Shown here in pieces: positions 62,959 to 64,000 of a stretch of 64,000 bases of DNA. This DNA comes from Eledone cirrhosa (Eukaryota), in NCBI GenBank assembly GCA_964016885.1, contig OZ024744.1, forward strand, positions 1-64,000, given 5' to 3'. The notes beneath the pieces are model-generated. The model made no database searches and was not told the origin of the DNA. It worked only from the letters and a program-made list of their open reading frames with translations. Within the stretch, counting starts at the first letter, position 1. Each line of letters starts with the position of its first letter. The position numbers and the translations under genes are program-made.

Positions 62959-64000
62959 ATCATCATCATCATCATCATCGTTTAACGTCCATGTTCGACG
63001 CTTGCATGGGTTTGGACGGGAGCTTTCCCACATGAGGCAAGAGTGGTTGTCTTGCTCGCATAGGACTCTCTGGCGGGTTTTCTACAGTTGGATGCCCTTC
63101 CTAACACCAGCCACATTTACAGTGTGGGGCTGGGAGGTTTTTACCGTTTTGCCTACACGGCCACATTTACAGTGTGGACTGTTTTTTTTGTTTGCGTGAC
63201 ACCTACACGATCTCATTTGTTTCGGCCTGGATTTTGTGGCACCAACATAACTTTACATTGAAAGGGGCGGTGTGGATGGGGTGGGGGTGGGGGGACGGTG
63301 GTGTATTTTGTTAGAGATGCCTACTGAGTGTAGTAGGTTTAACTTTGTATTTAGGTAAGGCGGGTCTTTTTTATTACTGAGTACCGCCAAAGGTCTCGGT
63401 CCACTGACATTGTCTTGGAGAGTTGTAAGTGTGTGAGGTGGGAATTTATCAGCTCGTCCCAGGTTTTTCTCGGTCTGCCTACTCCGTGGCTACCGTCTAT
63501 CTTTATTGCCCTGCACTTTGCTATACAGCTGGCTTCTTTCATGCGCATCACGTGATCATACCAACGTAGCCTTCTCTCGAGTAAACAACATCTGAATCCT
63601 CTTATTTCTAATTTTTTCCTTAGTTCGTTTATGCTTTGCCGTTCACGTATATTACTATTACACATCCAGCGGAGCATGCAAGCTTCGTTCCTCTCTAGTC
63701 TGCGTATATCCTCTGCACACAATGCCCAGGTCTCACTGCCATGCAACATTGCTGTTCGTATGCAGGCATCATACAACCTGCTTTTCATTTTTAGGGAGAA
63801 CCCTTTAGCGGCTAATAGTGGTATAAGCTCTCTGAACTTTTTCCATCCAGTTCTGACTCTAGCTACTGTACTTTCCGAGCACCCTCCCCCACTGCTGATT
63901 TTGTCACCCAGGTAACGGAAGCTGTCCACTATTTCTATAGAACCCTCTGCGCAATTGAAAGAGCTAGTATTTTGTGGGCACTTGCTGCTACTTATTGCAC
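62959..64000 (-). mobile_element. 3' part of a second RTE-clade LINE, continuing beyond the window
   Basis: (ATC)7 on + at 62959-62979 is a (GAT)7 tail. The minus-strand end CCCGTCCAAACCCATGCAAGC...GGACGTTAAAC resembles the end of the 6.6-9.7 kb element. ~370-nt 3' UTR. Confidence 0.93.
63351..64000 (-). CDS. C-terminal part of the RTE ORF (RT thumb/C-terminal region), open to the window edge
   Basis: ...GSIEIVDSFRYLGDKISSGGGCSESTVARVRTGWKKFREL...MLHGSETWAL...RLRWYDHVMRM...GRPRKTW...KKTRLT*. No stop or frameshift in ~215 codons. Homologous to 9099-9650. Confidence 0.85.
   Translation of the reverse strand, partial: AISSSKCPQNTSSFNCAEGSIEIVDSFRYLGDKISSGGGCSESTVARVRTGWKKFRELIPLLAAKGFSLKMKSRLYDACIRTAMLHGSETWALCAEDIRRLERNEACMLRWMCNSNIRERQSINELRKKLEIRGFRCCLLERRLRWYDHVMRMKEASCIAKCRAIKIDGSHGVGRPRKTWDELINSHLTHLQLSKTMSVDRDLWRYSVIKKTRLT

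Noticed and set aside
11911-62978. Dozens of minus-strand His/Thr/Tyr/Ile/Pro-rich ORFs up to ~490 aa
   Set aside because: The C/A-rich strand of the 20-bp satellite lacks stop codons in all frames. The ORFs overlap in several frames and start and stop at random variants.
6584-64000. Convergent RTE LINEs bracketing the satellite as one composite element
   Set aside because: The two copies are different subfamilies with different decay levels and independent insertion contexts. Convergent orientation is expected by chance.

Overview
Gene-free, repeat-saturated animal DNA. The SINE, the RTE tails and the microsatellite density suggest an octopus or other cephalopod (inference, not verified). 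From left to right: a 48-bp tandem array (1-1770); a decayed L1/Tx1-clade LINE (~2.0-5.5 kb, +); a decayed RTE-clade LINE inserted into a (TA)n tract (6.6-9.7 kb, +); (GA)n and (GGT/GTT)n tracts; then a ~51-kb G/T-rich satellite built from pentamers, with 20-bp consensus ATATT-GTAGT-GTGGT-GTGGT (11.6-63.0 kb). The satellite is interrupted by two copies of one tRNA-derived SINE insertion, carried on a ~2.4-2.65-kb tandem duplication. It is also interrupted by a decayed two-LTR Ty3/Gypsy element of CsRn1/Kabuki type (42.9-48.0 kb). The window ends in the uninterrupted 3' end of a second RTE LINE (-). No host protein-coding gene is supported: the many His/Thr/Tyr-rich ORFs are translations of the satellite. 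The most notable signals, none shown by the ORF track, are a C4HC3 PHD finger inserted inside the RTE reverse transcriptase, an in-phase -1 frameshift heptamer with a candidate pseudoknot at the Gypsy gag-pol junction, and Gypsy LTRs with non-canonical ends and no target-site duplication (TSD).
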